From positions 47,802,001-47,866,000 of the forward strand of contig OX597833.1 of the NCBI GenBank assembly GCA_951406725.2: a stretch of DNA of 64,000 nt. The letters run 5' to 3'. Origin of the DNA: Octopus vulgaris. Its lineage: Eukaryota. The notes beneath the pieces are model-generated. The model was not told the DNA's origin. It saw nothing but the letters and a program-made list of their open reading frames with translations, and made no database searches. This document shows, piece after piece, positions 24,578-38,200 of the stretch. How positions within the stretch are numbered: the stretch's first letter is position 1; every line of letters starts with the position of its first letter. Position numbers and translations under genes: made by a program.

Positions 24578-24792
24578 TATCACGTCAGGCTAGAGATGGG
24601 AACGATGATTTCCCTTTGCAAATACTGAGAGGGCACAAATAGTGTGGCAATAGCCAGCTGGAGGAGATGTCTTCCTGGGGCTATAATAGAAGACACTTAC
24701 CCAAGGTGCCATGTAGTGGGACTGAACCCGGAACCACATGGTTGGTAAGCAAGCTACTTACCATACAGCCTGTCCTGCACCTATATTTTATT

Positions 24793-24895
<103 letters not shown>

Positions 24896-25262
24896 GTATA
24901 AAGAGTTTCCATCAGCCAAATACCCTCTCAAGATATTCATCAACCCGCAAAAGTTAAAATATTCAAACTGTCATTTGATAAACAGAGAGACATCAAGTAA
25001 ATATCAGACTCAAATCAATACTTGGTCTGATAGGATCGACTAAAACTTTGAAGGCCATGTCCCAGTATGAAAAGTGTGTAAATGTAAGGACAAGCAAATT
25101 AGGCAAGTTGATATACACAGAATATTAAATACATTTAATATTCATTAAATACATTAATATATTAATATTTTACTGAAACCTGTAACTAACAATGCTATTG
25201 TCCCTCAAATACAATATAAAATAAAAATAATGGGGAGTAAGTTTCCAATACATGAATATTAC

Positions 25263-25523
25263 CTGATTTCTTACAACTGTGTGGATTTTTTTTCCTTCTA
25301 GCATTAAGTGTGTAGAATTTACGACAACCAGTGCAACATGGCACACCCAAAAATGGGAAGACTCCAATCTTGTCTCCACATATAGCACACATCTTTCTTG
25401 ATCTCTTCAAAGCACCTTCTTTCGCCGAAGAACAATCTTCATCATCTTGACTTACTGATGACAATGCTACATTCTCAAAAGGTACTGTACTTCCACCAGG
25501 ACTTAATGGATTTGCAGTACTAC
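25263..25523 (-). CDS. KMT2A: KMT2A exon 3 (nuclear-receptor-type C4 zinc finger, first half)
   Basis: Encodes CAICGDKIGVFPFLGVPCCTGCRKFY...HSCKKS. ttgtag| acceptor, TCAG|gtaata donor, 261 nt, phase 1/1. Confidence 0.85.
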
Positions 25524-28500
25524 CTACAATAAAAAATAAAACAATTAATTTGAAGCATCAACAAAGAAAATTTCAATTATAGTACAAATCTAAAAGCTTT
25601 TTCGCTTTTTAATGAAGGCTCTTTATCCAAACTAAATGTAACTCTTTTAATATAACTGAAGCAATGAATAATAATAACATTGGTGACAAATTTTAGCACA
25701 AGGCCAGTAATTTCATGGTGAGGAGTTGAGTTGATTACAACAACCCCAGTAATCAACTGGTACTTATTTTATCAAACCCAAAAGGATGAAAGGCAAAAGT
25801 CAACCTCAGCGGAAATTGCACTCAGAACGTAGAGATGGACAAAATGTCAATAAGCATCTTGTCCAGCATGCTAATGATTCTGCCAGCTTTCCACCTTAAA
25901 GAATAATAATAATAATAGTAGTTTCAAATTTTGGCACAAGGCCAGCTATTGGGAGGAGGGGGGGCTAAGTTGATTACATCAACCCAGTGCTCAACTAGTC
26001 CTTATTTTATTGATACTGAAACAATAAAAGTCGACATTGGCAGTATTTGAACTCAGATCATAAAGACAGACGAAATGCAACTAAGCATTTTGGCCGGCAT
26101 GCTAACATTTCTGCCAGCTCACCACCTCAATTTCTCAAAAATATTACAGCACACAACAAACAGAAATTACAAAAAAAGTGACTTTTAAAGTGGAGTTCCA
26201 TTAGAATAAGGTGGGTTTGGCCTGCTTGCTTAACAAGTAATAGAATTTATTGCGTTATTACAATTTGAAGCATTATAGAAATTATGGTTAAAATATGAAT
26301 AAAGAAAATGAACAGCTAGAAATCTAAGTTAAAAGAACAGCAGCTTCAACTCTGTATTAGTCACATTACACACTGCTAAAGAGAAAAAAAAACTGATAGC
26401 TTATCCAAACTATATACATCTTTCTCTATGGAAATACAATGTTTCTAGCAGAATGATAATCAAATATATAACAGAGTGTATGAAATAAAAGACTGGTTTT
26501 ATGATACCTCCCTACTGTATTTTCCAGTATACAAATCAAGTTTTTCAGACCAAAATACACAGCCCAAAAGGGTAAGTTAACTTACACACCAAGACAACTT
26601 TGGAAAACCAAAAATTCCATGTGAAATGCTGTAGGATTTGGAAAGATAGTAAAGGTGCTTGAACGTTGACTTGAATGCCAGAAAATATGGTAAGAGGTAA
26701 TAAAATCAATAAACTGTATTTTACAATGAGTTCAGAAGGTAATGGGCAATCAGCTGAGACACTGATGGTGCATATCCTGTCACTAGCTCTGTATTGTAAC
26801 TCTAAACAACTAACTACACACTAAAAGATACCACAATTTGATTCAACAAACACATTTGTTTTGATAAATTACTACGCTTCAAACAATTTATTTTTTTGTT
26901 CATCATTATTGTAATATTATCAACATGTAAAGGAGCATGGCTCAGTAGTTAGAGCATTGGACTCAGTCATGAGGTACTGAGTCTGGGCTGTGTTGTGGTC
27001 TTGAGCAAGACACTTTATTTCACATTGCTCCAGTTCACTCAGCTGTAGAAATGAGTTGTGACGTCACTGGTGCCAAGCTATATCGGCCTTTGCCTTTCCC
27101 TTGGATAACATCGGTGGCATGGGGAAGGGGAGGCTGGTATGGAAGACAGCTGGTCTTCCATAAACAACCTTGCCCAGACTTGTGCCCAGAAGGATAACTC
27201 TCTAGATGCAGTCACATGCTCATTCATGACCGAAGGAGGTCTTAAACCATTACCATTATCAACATACATTGTATTGGAATTCACAAACCTTTGTTTCACA
27301 TAAATATTCCATCACTCTTATCCTGTCTTTTTGGAATAAAACATTTGACAATTTAGATTGCATTTAAACATATTTTTTATAGTAGCGGGCATATTAGCTG
27401 TGAATGTGCATGGATTAGTGGTTAAGGTATTGTACTAATGATCTTATTGATTGTGGTTTCAATTCTTGGGCCAAATGGAACATTGTGTTCTTGAGCAAAA
27501 ATTCTCAATTCCACATTGTTCCAATCCATTAAGCTGTAAATGAGTCCCAACATTTAACTGGAAAGTTAATTGACAGAATGGCATCTCATTTAGAGGAATA
27601 ATTGTGATCTAGTCATTTATACACCTTGGAAACTGGGTCAAGTTAAGTTTCGGCATTATGAATCCTGGGGCTCATGTTAGATATAAGTCATATTAGCTAA
27701 ACCCAGAATTAAATTTCATAATTAGAGTCTCAATTAACATAATATGTGGTGAATATAGACAAGAAAACAGTGCTCAAATATAAACACATTTTCCAAATAT
27801 TTCAGAAGTTAAAAAATGAAAGTTGTATGGAATGAGTATGTCTTTGAGTGTGTTTGTCTCTCATCATTGCTTGACAATTTGGGAGTGTTTACATCTCCAT
27901 AACTTGGTGGCTTAATTAAAAAAAAAAAAAAGAGACTGATAGAATAAGTACCTGGCTTTTAAAAAAATAGTACTGAGGTTGATTCATTCAACTAGACTCT
28001 GCAATGCAGTGCCCCAGAATGGCCACAGTCTAATGACTGAAACAAGTAAAAAAAGTAATAACCCAACCCCATCAGATAAGTCACAAACCTTCAGGAAGCT
28101 CTAGGCAGAGGTGAAACAGAAAAGGCAAAACATGTGAGACTGAAAAGCTATGTGCCACTATGAGATAAAGAATTCTATTATATGGACAAAGAATCAGTAG
28201 AAACAAGGGAAAATATAAGAAACAGTACTTAAAGCACTGAGAACACAATCAATGTGAGAGATTTAGAACTAAATTTGGTCCTAACCACCTGCCTTCACAA
28301 AACCTGGTCTCAAACAGAATCTAAATTGATAAACATGGTTGTGTGGTTAAGAAGCTCACTTTGCAACCATGTTCAGTCCCTAAGCACAGCTCCCTGGGCA
28401 ATGTCATCTATTATAAGCCCCAGGCCAACAAATCCTTGTGAGTGAATTTAGCAAACAGAAACTGTATGAAAGCCTCTGTTTGTCCCTCTCTCCCTCTTTG

Positions 28501-28599
28501 TCTGTGTGTGTGTCTTTGTTTGTTGTTTACATGTCTATAACTTAACATTCAGCAAATGACTATCAGAAAAAGTACCAGGCATAAATCCTGAGCTTATTA

Positions 28600-28740
28600 T
28601 TAGGTTGTCCCAAAAGTTCGTAAACACTTGCGAAAATTGAATTTTTACTCACCAAGTACTAACAAAAACAATAAAAATTATTCCTCAAAATAAAGACCAT
28701 TATTTTCCAAGACTTTCTACAAACTTTTGGGACAACCTTA
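28600..28740. mobile_element. mariner-type MITE
   Basis: TIR TTAGGTTGTCCCAAAAGTT / AACTTTTGGGACAACCT, resembling mariner (MADE-like) ends, in a TA context. Confidence 0.75.
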
Positions 28741-29650
28741 TAACATAATAGATCGGGTTATGTCTCAAGATTTGCTCCATCACTACTAATTCATCTAAGA
28801 ACTGTAGGCTTGCTTGTACGTTTAATGCCTAATGTTCCCATTAATTTTCCTATATTCACCATTTGGTCCTATTTCAACCTATTTGTTATCACTGAATGGA
28901 GAACACTTCATCATTTTCATGATCATCATTTAACATCCACTTTCCCAATCTTGCATGTGTTAGATGGAATTTGTTGAGGCAGATTTTCTACACCTTGATG
29001 CCCTTCCTCTTGTCAACCCTTACCTGTTTCTAAACAAGGTAATACATGTTTTCCACAAAAGACTATGAATGTTGCTTGTATCTGGCTGTGATGCTCATTT
29101 ACAACCACCACATTGAGACAACAGTACAAACACACATTCATGTCTATGAGTGGGTGTACACACACAAACACATACTGAACAAACAAATGATAGGTTTCTT
29201 TCAGTTGCAGTCAAGTGAATTCACTTACAAGGACCTTATGGTTGGCCTAGGGCAATAATAGAAAACACTGCCCAAGGTGCTGCACAGTGAGAGAGCACTC
29301 AAGATTTCGTAGTTGGAATCATGCCTGCAGCTTATTTTTCAAAAATTACAAATTTATAATTAATTTGTTATATTAACTTCATTTTTCCTGAATGTACAAA
29401 ACCACACCTGCTACATTTACAAGAACCCTTTTGATCATCCGGCATAATCCTTTTACAAAGAACTGTTGGGGGGGGGGGGTTAATATTTTCTTTTTAATAA
29501 ACATGAACTTGCTAAAATAATTTTAATAATTTGCAATTATTAAAAATTATCCTTCATCAAACTTAACTCTTTTCCCTATTCCCCATGCCCCTGGACAAAC
29601 AAGTTAAATGCAATATAAGCAGTTCAATGTTTATTAATAAACTTTATTAA

Positions 29651-29864
29651 CCCTTTCGTTACCAACCTGGCTGAAACCGGCTCTGAGTACAAATGTCTCG
29701 TTTTCGTAAGTTTCGAATTAAAATCTTCCATCAAACCTTAGTCACAATTTAAGTTCCTAACTCTAGCTGAAAGATAACTAAGTTATTTTACTAAATTCTT
29801 TGTTATATCTAAAGTAATTGAAAGAAACACAGAGCATCTCAAAATAAATACAGTAACGAAAGGG
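29651..29864 (+). mobile_element. piggyBac-type MITE family A
   Basis: TTAA TSDs, same TIR and body. Confidence 0.87.
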
Positions 29865-29983
29865 TTAATAAAGTTTCAGAAAATTTTTACCAAAACTGTG
29901 AGAACTTTAGGAAAAAATCAATTTTAATAATTAAAGTGTAAATCAACATAGAACTAACCAGCTTCACTAAACTAAAATATTAA

Positions 29984-30205
29984 CCCTTTTGTTACCATAT
30001 TTCTGTTGAGATGCTCCGTGTTTCTTTTAACTAATTTTTAATATAACAAAGAATTTAGTAAAATAACTTAGTTATCATTAAGCTAGTATTAGGAACATAA
30101 ATTATGACTAAGGTTTGGTGGAAGATTTTACTTCAGAACTTTTGAAAAGAAGATATTTGTACTACAGAGCCACAGACAGTTTCAGGCAGGTATGTACCAA
30201 AAGGG
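29984..30205 (-). mobile_element. piggyBac-type MITE family A, inverted relative to its neighbour
   Basis: TTAA|CCCTTTTG...CAAAAGGG|TTAG; body is the reverse complement of 29651-29864. Confidence 0.8.
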
Positions 30206-30440
30206 TTAGATTTCATCAAGTCAGGTAAAACAGCTATTACTATTACTACTACACACAAGAGCAGCAGAGCTTTAGATATAAATATACACAAGGTATGTGC
30301 TAATTTTAACATTATATCACATTTAATTCTGCCAGAAGATTTATTACACCTCACTGATGAAGAAAATATTAATGGCAAGCATTACAACAGACTGTTCATT
30401 TGTAGCAGTAGATTGATCATTTTTTTTAAATATATATATA

Positions 30441-30985
30441 TTACTCTTACTCTTTTACTTGTGTCAGACATTTGACTGTGGCCATGCTGGAGCACCACCT
30501 TTAGTCGAGCAAATCGACCCCAGGAATTATTCTTCATAAGCCTAGTACTTATTCTATCGGTCTCTTTTGCCGGACCACTAAGTTACGAGGACATAAACTC
30601 ACCAACATTGGTTGTGAAGCGATGGTTGGGCGGAAAACACAGACACACAAACACACTTATACATACATATACATATATATATATGTGGTGGGGGATTGAA
30701 ACCAGTCTCTTTTGCCGAACCACTAAGTTACAGGGACGTAAACACACTAGCATCGGTTGTGAAGCGATGTTGGGGGGACAAACACAGACACAAACACACA
30801 CACACACATATATACATATATACGACGGGCTTCTTTCAGTTTCCGTCTACCAATTCCACTCACAAGGCTTTGGTCGGCACGAGGCTATAGTATAAGAGAC
30901 TTGCCCATGGTGCCACGCAGTGGGACTGAACCCGGAACCATGTAGTTGGTAAGCAAGCTAATTACCACACAGCCACTCCTGCGCC
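30441..30985 (-). mobile_element. tRNA-derived SINE, family 1 (with internal partial duplication)
   Basis: Reverse complement of 31421-31836; the 3' segment is present twice. Confidence 0.85.
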
Positions 30986-31250
30986 TATATTAAGATCACA
31001 TTAACATAAATATATAATGTGTGTATTATCAAATCCAATTTTTCACAGCATTTATGAAGCTGCAGTTAAAAAGAGACATCTTGAGAAATGTTAGACGTAA
31101 TGTCATTTCCCTCAAGTCAACTGTGAAATTTTATGTCATGGTTATTCCACTAATGATATTAAATATCTACTAAAAAGTAAAATTGGTATTTTCTACAAGG
31201 TCACATTGCCTCAATAAACTTAACATACCCCACCTCCAAAAAAAAATATA

Positions 31251-31591
31251 CAGTAATCATTTGCCATTTCACGGTTCACCTATCGTGCCCTCAGTACACT
31301 GCAGATTTTTCTGGCTAATATATGTAAATTTATATCATGGACTCCTCAGTATATCGCGGGTTTCTGTAGCTAACAGGTATTTATATTCTTTTACATTTTA
31401 ATTATTTCTGTGGTAAAATAGGTGTAGGAGTGGCTGTGTGGTAAGTAGCTTGCTTACAAACCACATGGTTCCAGGTTCAGTCCCACTGCGTGGCACCTTG
31501 GGCAAGTGTCTTCTACTATAGCCTCAGGCCGACCAAAGCCTTGTGAGTAGATTTGGTAGACGGAAACTGAAAGAAGCCCGTCGTATATATG

Positions 31592-31622
<31 letters not shown>

Positions 31623-32148
31623 GTATATGTTTGGGTGTCTGTGTTTGTCCCCCCAACATCGCTTGACAACAGATGCTGGTGTGTTTACGTCCCCCGTAAC
31701 TTAGCAGTTTGGCAAAAGAGACCGATAGAATAAGTACTAGGCTTACAAAGAATAAGTCCTGGGGTCGATTTACTCGACTAAAGGCGGTGCTCCAGCATGG
31801 CCACAGTCAAATGACTGAAGCAAGTAAAAGAGTAAAATAAACATTTTCACACCTAAAAATTAATAAATGAAAATACAGCACAGTACTGTATAACACATTA
31901 ATTAAAATATATTTCTAAAAAATTTGTAGAGTACCGTAGATGAATAAACAAAGAATCGTACATACTCTATGGAAAACGAAACTCAGGTGAGTGTGTGGTG
32001 CTGTTTTGCATTTATAATAAAATAAATATATACAAATTATAAAAATGATATAAAAATATACAGTACAGTGCTGTTTCTACTTTGCAGATTTTCACTTATT
32101 GCGGTGGGGTTTTGGAACATAATACCCGCAATAATCAAGGGATTACTG
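31251..32148. mobile_element. Tigger/pogo-like MITE interrupted by a SINE
   Basis: TA|CAGTAATC ... GATTACTG termini enclosing the 31421-31836 SINE. Confidence 0.55.
31421..31836 (+). mobile_element. tRNA-derived SINE, family 1 (full length)
   Basis: A-box TGGCTGTGTGG, B-box GGTTCAGTCCC, internal (TA)n, tail ...aatgactgaagcaagtaaaag. Other copies at ~30441-30985(-), 32151-32528(-), 44100-44455(+), 51338-51714(-) and 52385-52822(+), plus many partial ones. Confidence 0.88.
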
Positions 32149-32150
32149 CA

Positions 32151-32528
32151 TACTCTTTTACTTGTTTCAGTCATTTGACTGTGGCCATGCTGGAGCACCG
32201 CCTTTAGTCGAGCAACTCGACCCCCGGGACTTATTCTTTTGTAAGCCCAGTACTTATTCTATCGGTCTCTTTTGCCGAACCGCTAAGTGACGGGGACGTA
32301 AACACCCCAGCATCAGTTGTCAAGCAATGCTAGGGGGACAAACACAGACACGCAAACACATATACATATATACAACAGGCTTCTTTCAGTTTCCGTCTAC
32401 CAAATCCACTCACCAAGGCATTGGTCAACCCGGGGCTAAAGTAGAAGACACTTGCCCAAGATGCCATGCAGTGGGACTGAACCCGGAACCATGTGGTCGG
32501 TTAGCAGGCTACTTACCACACAGCCACA
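32151..32528 (-). mobile_element. tRNA-derived SINE, family 1
   Basis: Reverse complement of 31421-31836. Confidence 0.85.
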
Positions 32529-33080
32529 TGACATTCAACAAAAAATAGATTGGTATATAAAACTACTTTCTCTAGTTAAGGTAATGAAATATTGAGTGGA
32601 TGGGTTAAAAACAAATCAGACAGAACATCACACCCACTATTACTTACACAACAGGCATTTAAAAAGTTAACTACTGTATTTACTTGTATATAAGTCGCAC
32701 CTCTAATTTAAAGTTAAATCTGAGTTCAAATTTTTTTCTCTTCACAGTTTTTGCATTGTCCTGAGTGTAAGTCACACCCAGGTTTCATCATCATTTAACG
32801 TCCGCTTTCCATGCTAGCATGGGTTGGACGAATGACTGAGGGCTGGCGAACCAGAAGGCTGCACCAGGCTTCAATCTTGATCTGGCAGAGTTTCTACAGC
32901 TGGATGCCCTTCCTAATGCCAACCACTCCGAGAGTGTAGTGGGTGCTTTTTAAAATCAAGAATAATATAGTGTGATTTATACATGAGTAAATACAATAGA
33001 TTCTTTATTTTATTTAAGTTACAATATCACACTGCTCAAAATGCACAATAAATAACAAAATATAAAATCAGAATACTGGC

Positions 33081-35259
33081 CTTCTATTTTTACTGCTGTT
33101 TGTTTGGGGCTACCATGTACATCTATCAAGCCTCTACTTAAAACCGATAGAGATGATAAAGGAAGAGGACTTGTAGCAGATGTTTGTTTGAGTTTTTGCT
33201 CTTGTGCACGGAGTTTCTTTTTTTCCAACCTTTCTTCGTGGCGCATTTTAGCACGCAAAGATCTAGCAAGAGCTGCTTTTGACCTATTCAACGCGGCCCA
33301 ATTCAATTGAAACTTTGCCTTGCGCAAAATGTTGTTTCCACTTCGTCGAGTAGCATCGACGTCTTTTTCAACTGGTTCGACCATTTTTTGTTTCTCATTT
33401 GGACTAACAAATGATCCTCCGCAGCCAGTTGGGCTGAAGAGTTCTAATTTGGGGCAAAATGGACTTGTTGGGAGGGTGGGCAAACTTTGTTCAATTTGTG
33501 GTAGACTAGGCTTGTTTTCCATTTCACTAGTCTCGTTTCCAAAGGAACTATTCCTCTCGTCATTATCGTCTTGACTAAAATTATCACTATCTAGATTCTT
33601 TTTAGTCTCTTCTTCTTCACCTTCAATTTTACGCAAATCTACACGTTTAGTTTCTCGGACACCAAATATTTCTTCTGACTGTTTAAGTCTCATACGTAAA
33701 CTTGGTTTCCGTTGTCGTTTTCCCTCAACAATAAGAGGCATATCATAAAGTCCTATCTTTCCACTTTCTGTTGAGGTGTAACCTTTTTCACCAGGAGTAT
33801 TCAAACCTCTTAATTCCAGCCCAGAACCAAGCATCCCAGTGATTCTAACTGAAGAACCTTCATTTATATCTTGTTCAGATAAAGCTGGACCAGTTAGAGA
33901 TGTTTCATTTAAAGGTGTGTGTAATATTCCAGACTTACAGTCCCTTTTCGCATCCGTACACTCTGAATGTAATCCTAATTGAGAATATGTAGGCGCAAGA
34001 GGAAGGGAGTCCATTTTTGAACCACCACCCCGCCTACGAGTTTTTTTAGACAAGTCTGAATTGAGAGATTCACTAGACTTCAAAGGAGCTGTTTGATCAG
34101 AACTAGCATAATGAAAAGGTATAAATCCTTTCGAATTGGTTTTGTCTTTTCCAAATGTACCTACATCTTTTCCAAGATGAAGGTTGGATGATGTAATTGT
34201 CTTTGTAGCTGTTGAAACAGCTAAATTTCTTGAATTTTTACGCCAAGTCTTTTTTGTAGAATTTTCAGCATGTAATCCAGAATTACCAGAAATTAATTGG
34301 ACATGTTTTTGCCCCTGGTTACTTTTGCGGCGAGTGGTAGGATTAATTACATTACTACTACATTCTGTCGATGGAGCAGATTTTTGTGAAGCTTCACCAC
34401 TATCTTTCCACTTCTGGTTATCAACTTCTAATGGTAACAGATTAGCCTCAGCAGCTGGACAACTATTATCAGAAAACCATGAGGCTGAGTGAGAATCTAC
34501 TTTATGAGACTTACTAAACATAATCTGATAGCCATCATCATCTAAAAAGCGTTTATTCGGTTTAATGACTCTAGAAGAACGGGAACTTTTAGTTGGTAGG
34601 ATAAAGCGTTTTCGATGGTAACCAGGAGCAGCAGTCACATCTACGTGGCCATCTTTAGAAAAAGATTCATGTCCTTTACGTGCTTTCAGTAATAGCTGCT
34701 TTGCTAGTTGTTTTCCCAAACGTTTGGATTTTGAATGAGGAATAACTGATAATTTATGGCCACTTGCAACAGTTTTGCAAACTGCCGAAGCATTGTGTTT
34801 TTGAGAAGAGTCACATATATTCTTTGAGTTATCAACTGACAACTTAGCAAGTTTCTTTTCTTTTACAGTATGAACATAAAGAGATGGTCGTCCACGACCA
34901 CGAACAATTTTAGCTTGCTTGCCATCAGGTTCCAACCGGATTTTTATATTTTTGAGCTTTGCTGTAGCAACCTTTTCGGTTGCTGTATATACACTTTGTA
35001 CAGTTCTGCTCGAATGAAAGCAAGATTTATTATTTATTCCTTTTTTTATACAAGGTACAGCCGAAGCCATCTTTTTACGAAGTCTTTGGCGCCGAGTTTT
35101 GCTTGCACCATGTCCATGGCAACTTGCCAAGGGAATTGAACTACTATTGTTTGAAGTTTCTGGACTGTCCTGTTCATTTCTGAAATTTGATAGCATAGCT
35201 GTGTATTTTTTTGTACTTGCACGAACATCTTGCAATGTGAAACCTTCAAATTCTTCATC
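33081..35259 (-). CDS. KMT2A: KMT2A exon 2 (DEEFEGF LEDGF-binding motif, AT-hook, SNL1-like motif)
   Basis: tttgcag| acceptor; 748-aa ORF. DEEFEGF matches MLL1 EDEQFLGF. RGRGRP is an AT-hook. LAKQLLLKARKG and RFILPTKSSRSSRVIKPNKRFLDD match MLL1 IAKQLLQRAKKG and RQFIMPVVSAISSRIIKTPRRFIED. The 3' donor is ambiguous (33081 GC or 33077 GT). Confidence 0.9.
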
Positions 35260-38200
35260 CTGCAAATAGAAATTAGTACAATTAATTTTCTTTTATAATC
35301 TGTGAATTGCAAATAATAAATTTACATTAAGTCAAGACCTCCTTAAAATGAGAATGTTAGAAACTTAGTGTCAAATAAGTACGCTGTTTTTAGCCACCAA
35401 AAATTGGATGACATGACCGTAAAGCTTTGGTAACAACCAGAAGTTGAAGTTAAATATGTATTCCATTCTAACCTCAAACATTTTAACACTGTAGCTTATG
35501 TATTATACCAAAGTTTACTATTGAAATTGCCTTGAAACTGACAAAATACAATTAGGCATTATATAATCCATATTGTATTTAAGTGAAACATGAGTAAAAA
35601 TTTGCAAACTAATTTATGGTAAAATTTCATATTATTCGAAGTGGTTGATAATCATAATTAGAGAATCTAAAAATAAAATAAGACTGAATATACATTTAGT
35701 TAAAAAAACTAGATTTTTAAATAACACTTATGTGTATACTTTTTGTTACAACTATTGCTTTGATTAACTTTCAATTTCTTTTTAATATAAATTACAGTAA
35801 AACTGAAAGAATAAACTCTTGAGTTAGAGACAAACAGAACTGAACAGGAATTTGAAAAAAAAAAAGAAAAATGGAAAGTGGTATTTGTGTATCAAAGTAT
35901 TAATATGTATCCTATATATAAAACAAAGCAATTTACATAAAAATGGAGTTAATGCAAAACTTGTGAAGCTAATGTCAAATGAACGTTTAAATAACCTAAA
36001 CAATGGTCTAAGAAATATAAAGGCTCAAAGACTTTTTCAAATAATTCAGTTTCACCTGTACCAAAAAATATAAGAAATAGTTTTTATTAACCAGCAAAGG
36101 ATTTGTTTTGTCCCATATCTAAATCTTAATTCAGAATGTGTTACTGTTTTTTTTTCTCATTAAAAGACTGTCTTAATAAAATGAAAAATTATGCAATTTA
36201 ATATCTGTAAAATCAAATTACATGTGTATGATATTAAATTACACAATTTAACTTCAATACAATATCAAATTACAACATTAATAATCGATATTATTCTAGA
36301 GTACAAAAATATATTTATATGTAAATTTAACAAATATTTAGGCATTGGATAAGAAGTTATTCTTCTTTAGTGATATGACAATTTAAGTCAATTCAATAAA
36401 CAAAAATAACTATCACATCATATATGCCATATTTCCTAACCAACAAAGCAAAAAAATAAGTCAGTATTAATACACTAAGTGGCAGAAATATTGTGTACAT
36501 CATCAGTTTATAAAAACATCCAGTATTAATAACTGATACACAATACCACTTATAAGACAATTGTTGACTAAAATATTTTCACATTGTGAAACTTATTAAG
36601 TTTTTCTGTGAAAATCCATTTAATTTATTGAAAGTTTTTTTTTTTTTTTTAAGTAATTAACTTAAAACAAATGGAAGGTTCTCATCATATAGCAATAGTT
36701 AAATCCTGAAAGCTGTAGAAAAGAGCAGTTTTAACTGGCAAGGATTAGATTTTACAAGATACTAACCAATTAAAAAAAATTTTTTCGGCAATATTTTGGT
36801 TTAACCTAAAATATAACCAGAATGAAGTCATATAATGAATCAAATAAAATATGCAAGAAAAGATTTTGAAAAATCATTTCATGTTAATTCATTTAAGCTC
36901 AGATTTTAGGGAAATAGAGGGAGAGGGGGGGAAGGCACCAAAGGGAGATTATTCTTGAAAGTTAAATAATGGTAATGCTTTTTTTTTTCTTCTAAATAAT
37001 TTATATTTTGATTTACTTGCATATTCAATGAATTTTAAATATTCTACTGAAAATTTAATGGTACAATTATCAGTAGTACAAATATTAAAGGTTACAATTA
37101 TTGAAAATTTAAATATCATTTACTAATTAATAAAATATAACCGAACTGCTTTAATTATAAAAAAAAAACTTTAGAAACATTTATTATAGAATAATCAAGT
37201 GCAAATTAAAGAAGATAAAAAAACTCCTCGGTTCTAAAATGTAGTCAAAATGGAGTTACTGAAATATAAAATAAATTACTAAGGCAGTTGCTTCTTTAAT
37301 TAAAAATAACAAAACATTAAACACAAATGCAAGTCTTGGCATAATGTAAATGAAAACTTCAATACTTTACCTTAAATAAATCATCTTTCAAAAATTCTTT
37401 AAATTTTCAAAATTACTTTTATAAAGATTTAAAACTTAGTAAGAATTCGAATCTCAAAACCAAAGTTTCAACAACAGGAGATAAAACGATCCTAAAACTT
37501 TACCAAAATTTCAAATGATTTTAAAACTCAACTGGAAAACACAAAACAAGATTTTCATTAAACCTTTTACAAGATTTCATTTTTTTCTTCCTACTATCCC
37601 AAGGCAAGCAAGACAAAATCAGAAAACTTCACAACAAAACCAATGCTTAAAATTCCAGAAATCACCTAAAAAGAGATAAAAATCAGGACTAACAAGTTTC
37701 CTTTAGATTATTTTAAACAACTGCGAGTTTCCAAGATAAGATATTTAAATGAAACAAAATTCAGAACCCCAGGGATCCGGTACCAAAAAAGCAACAACAG
37801 ATGGGAAATACATCATTAGACAAGATCTGAATTACCACAATATTTTGTGATTCTATTCTAATCATTAATACCCTTGTATTAATAATGCTAATGATGAAGA
37901 TGATTTCTATTGACAAGAAAGCAAGAGAGAAAATATTTTGATCCTGGAAGCATAAAAGGTGGAACCAACAATAATACTTTGAGACACAAAATTCTTAGTC
38001 AACTACAGTCATTTATTAAATATTCTTCAGTCACTAATATTTTTAAGGAGAGATTTTCTGAAATATCTCTACTTGGACCACCTGTTCGTCAAATTAAAAA
38101 TATTCTATGGAGCCTCACCAACAGCTTCAAGCCTGTTATTTTCTAAGACCATAAATTTTAAGATCATAAAACCATTCATTTTGTAAGATTACTAACAACG

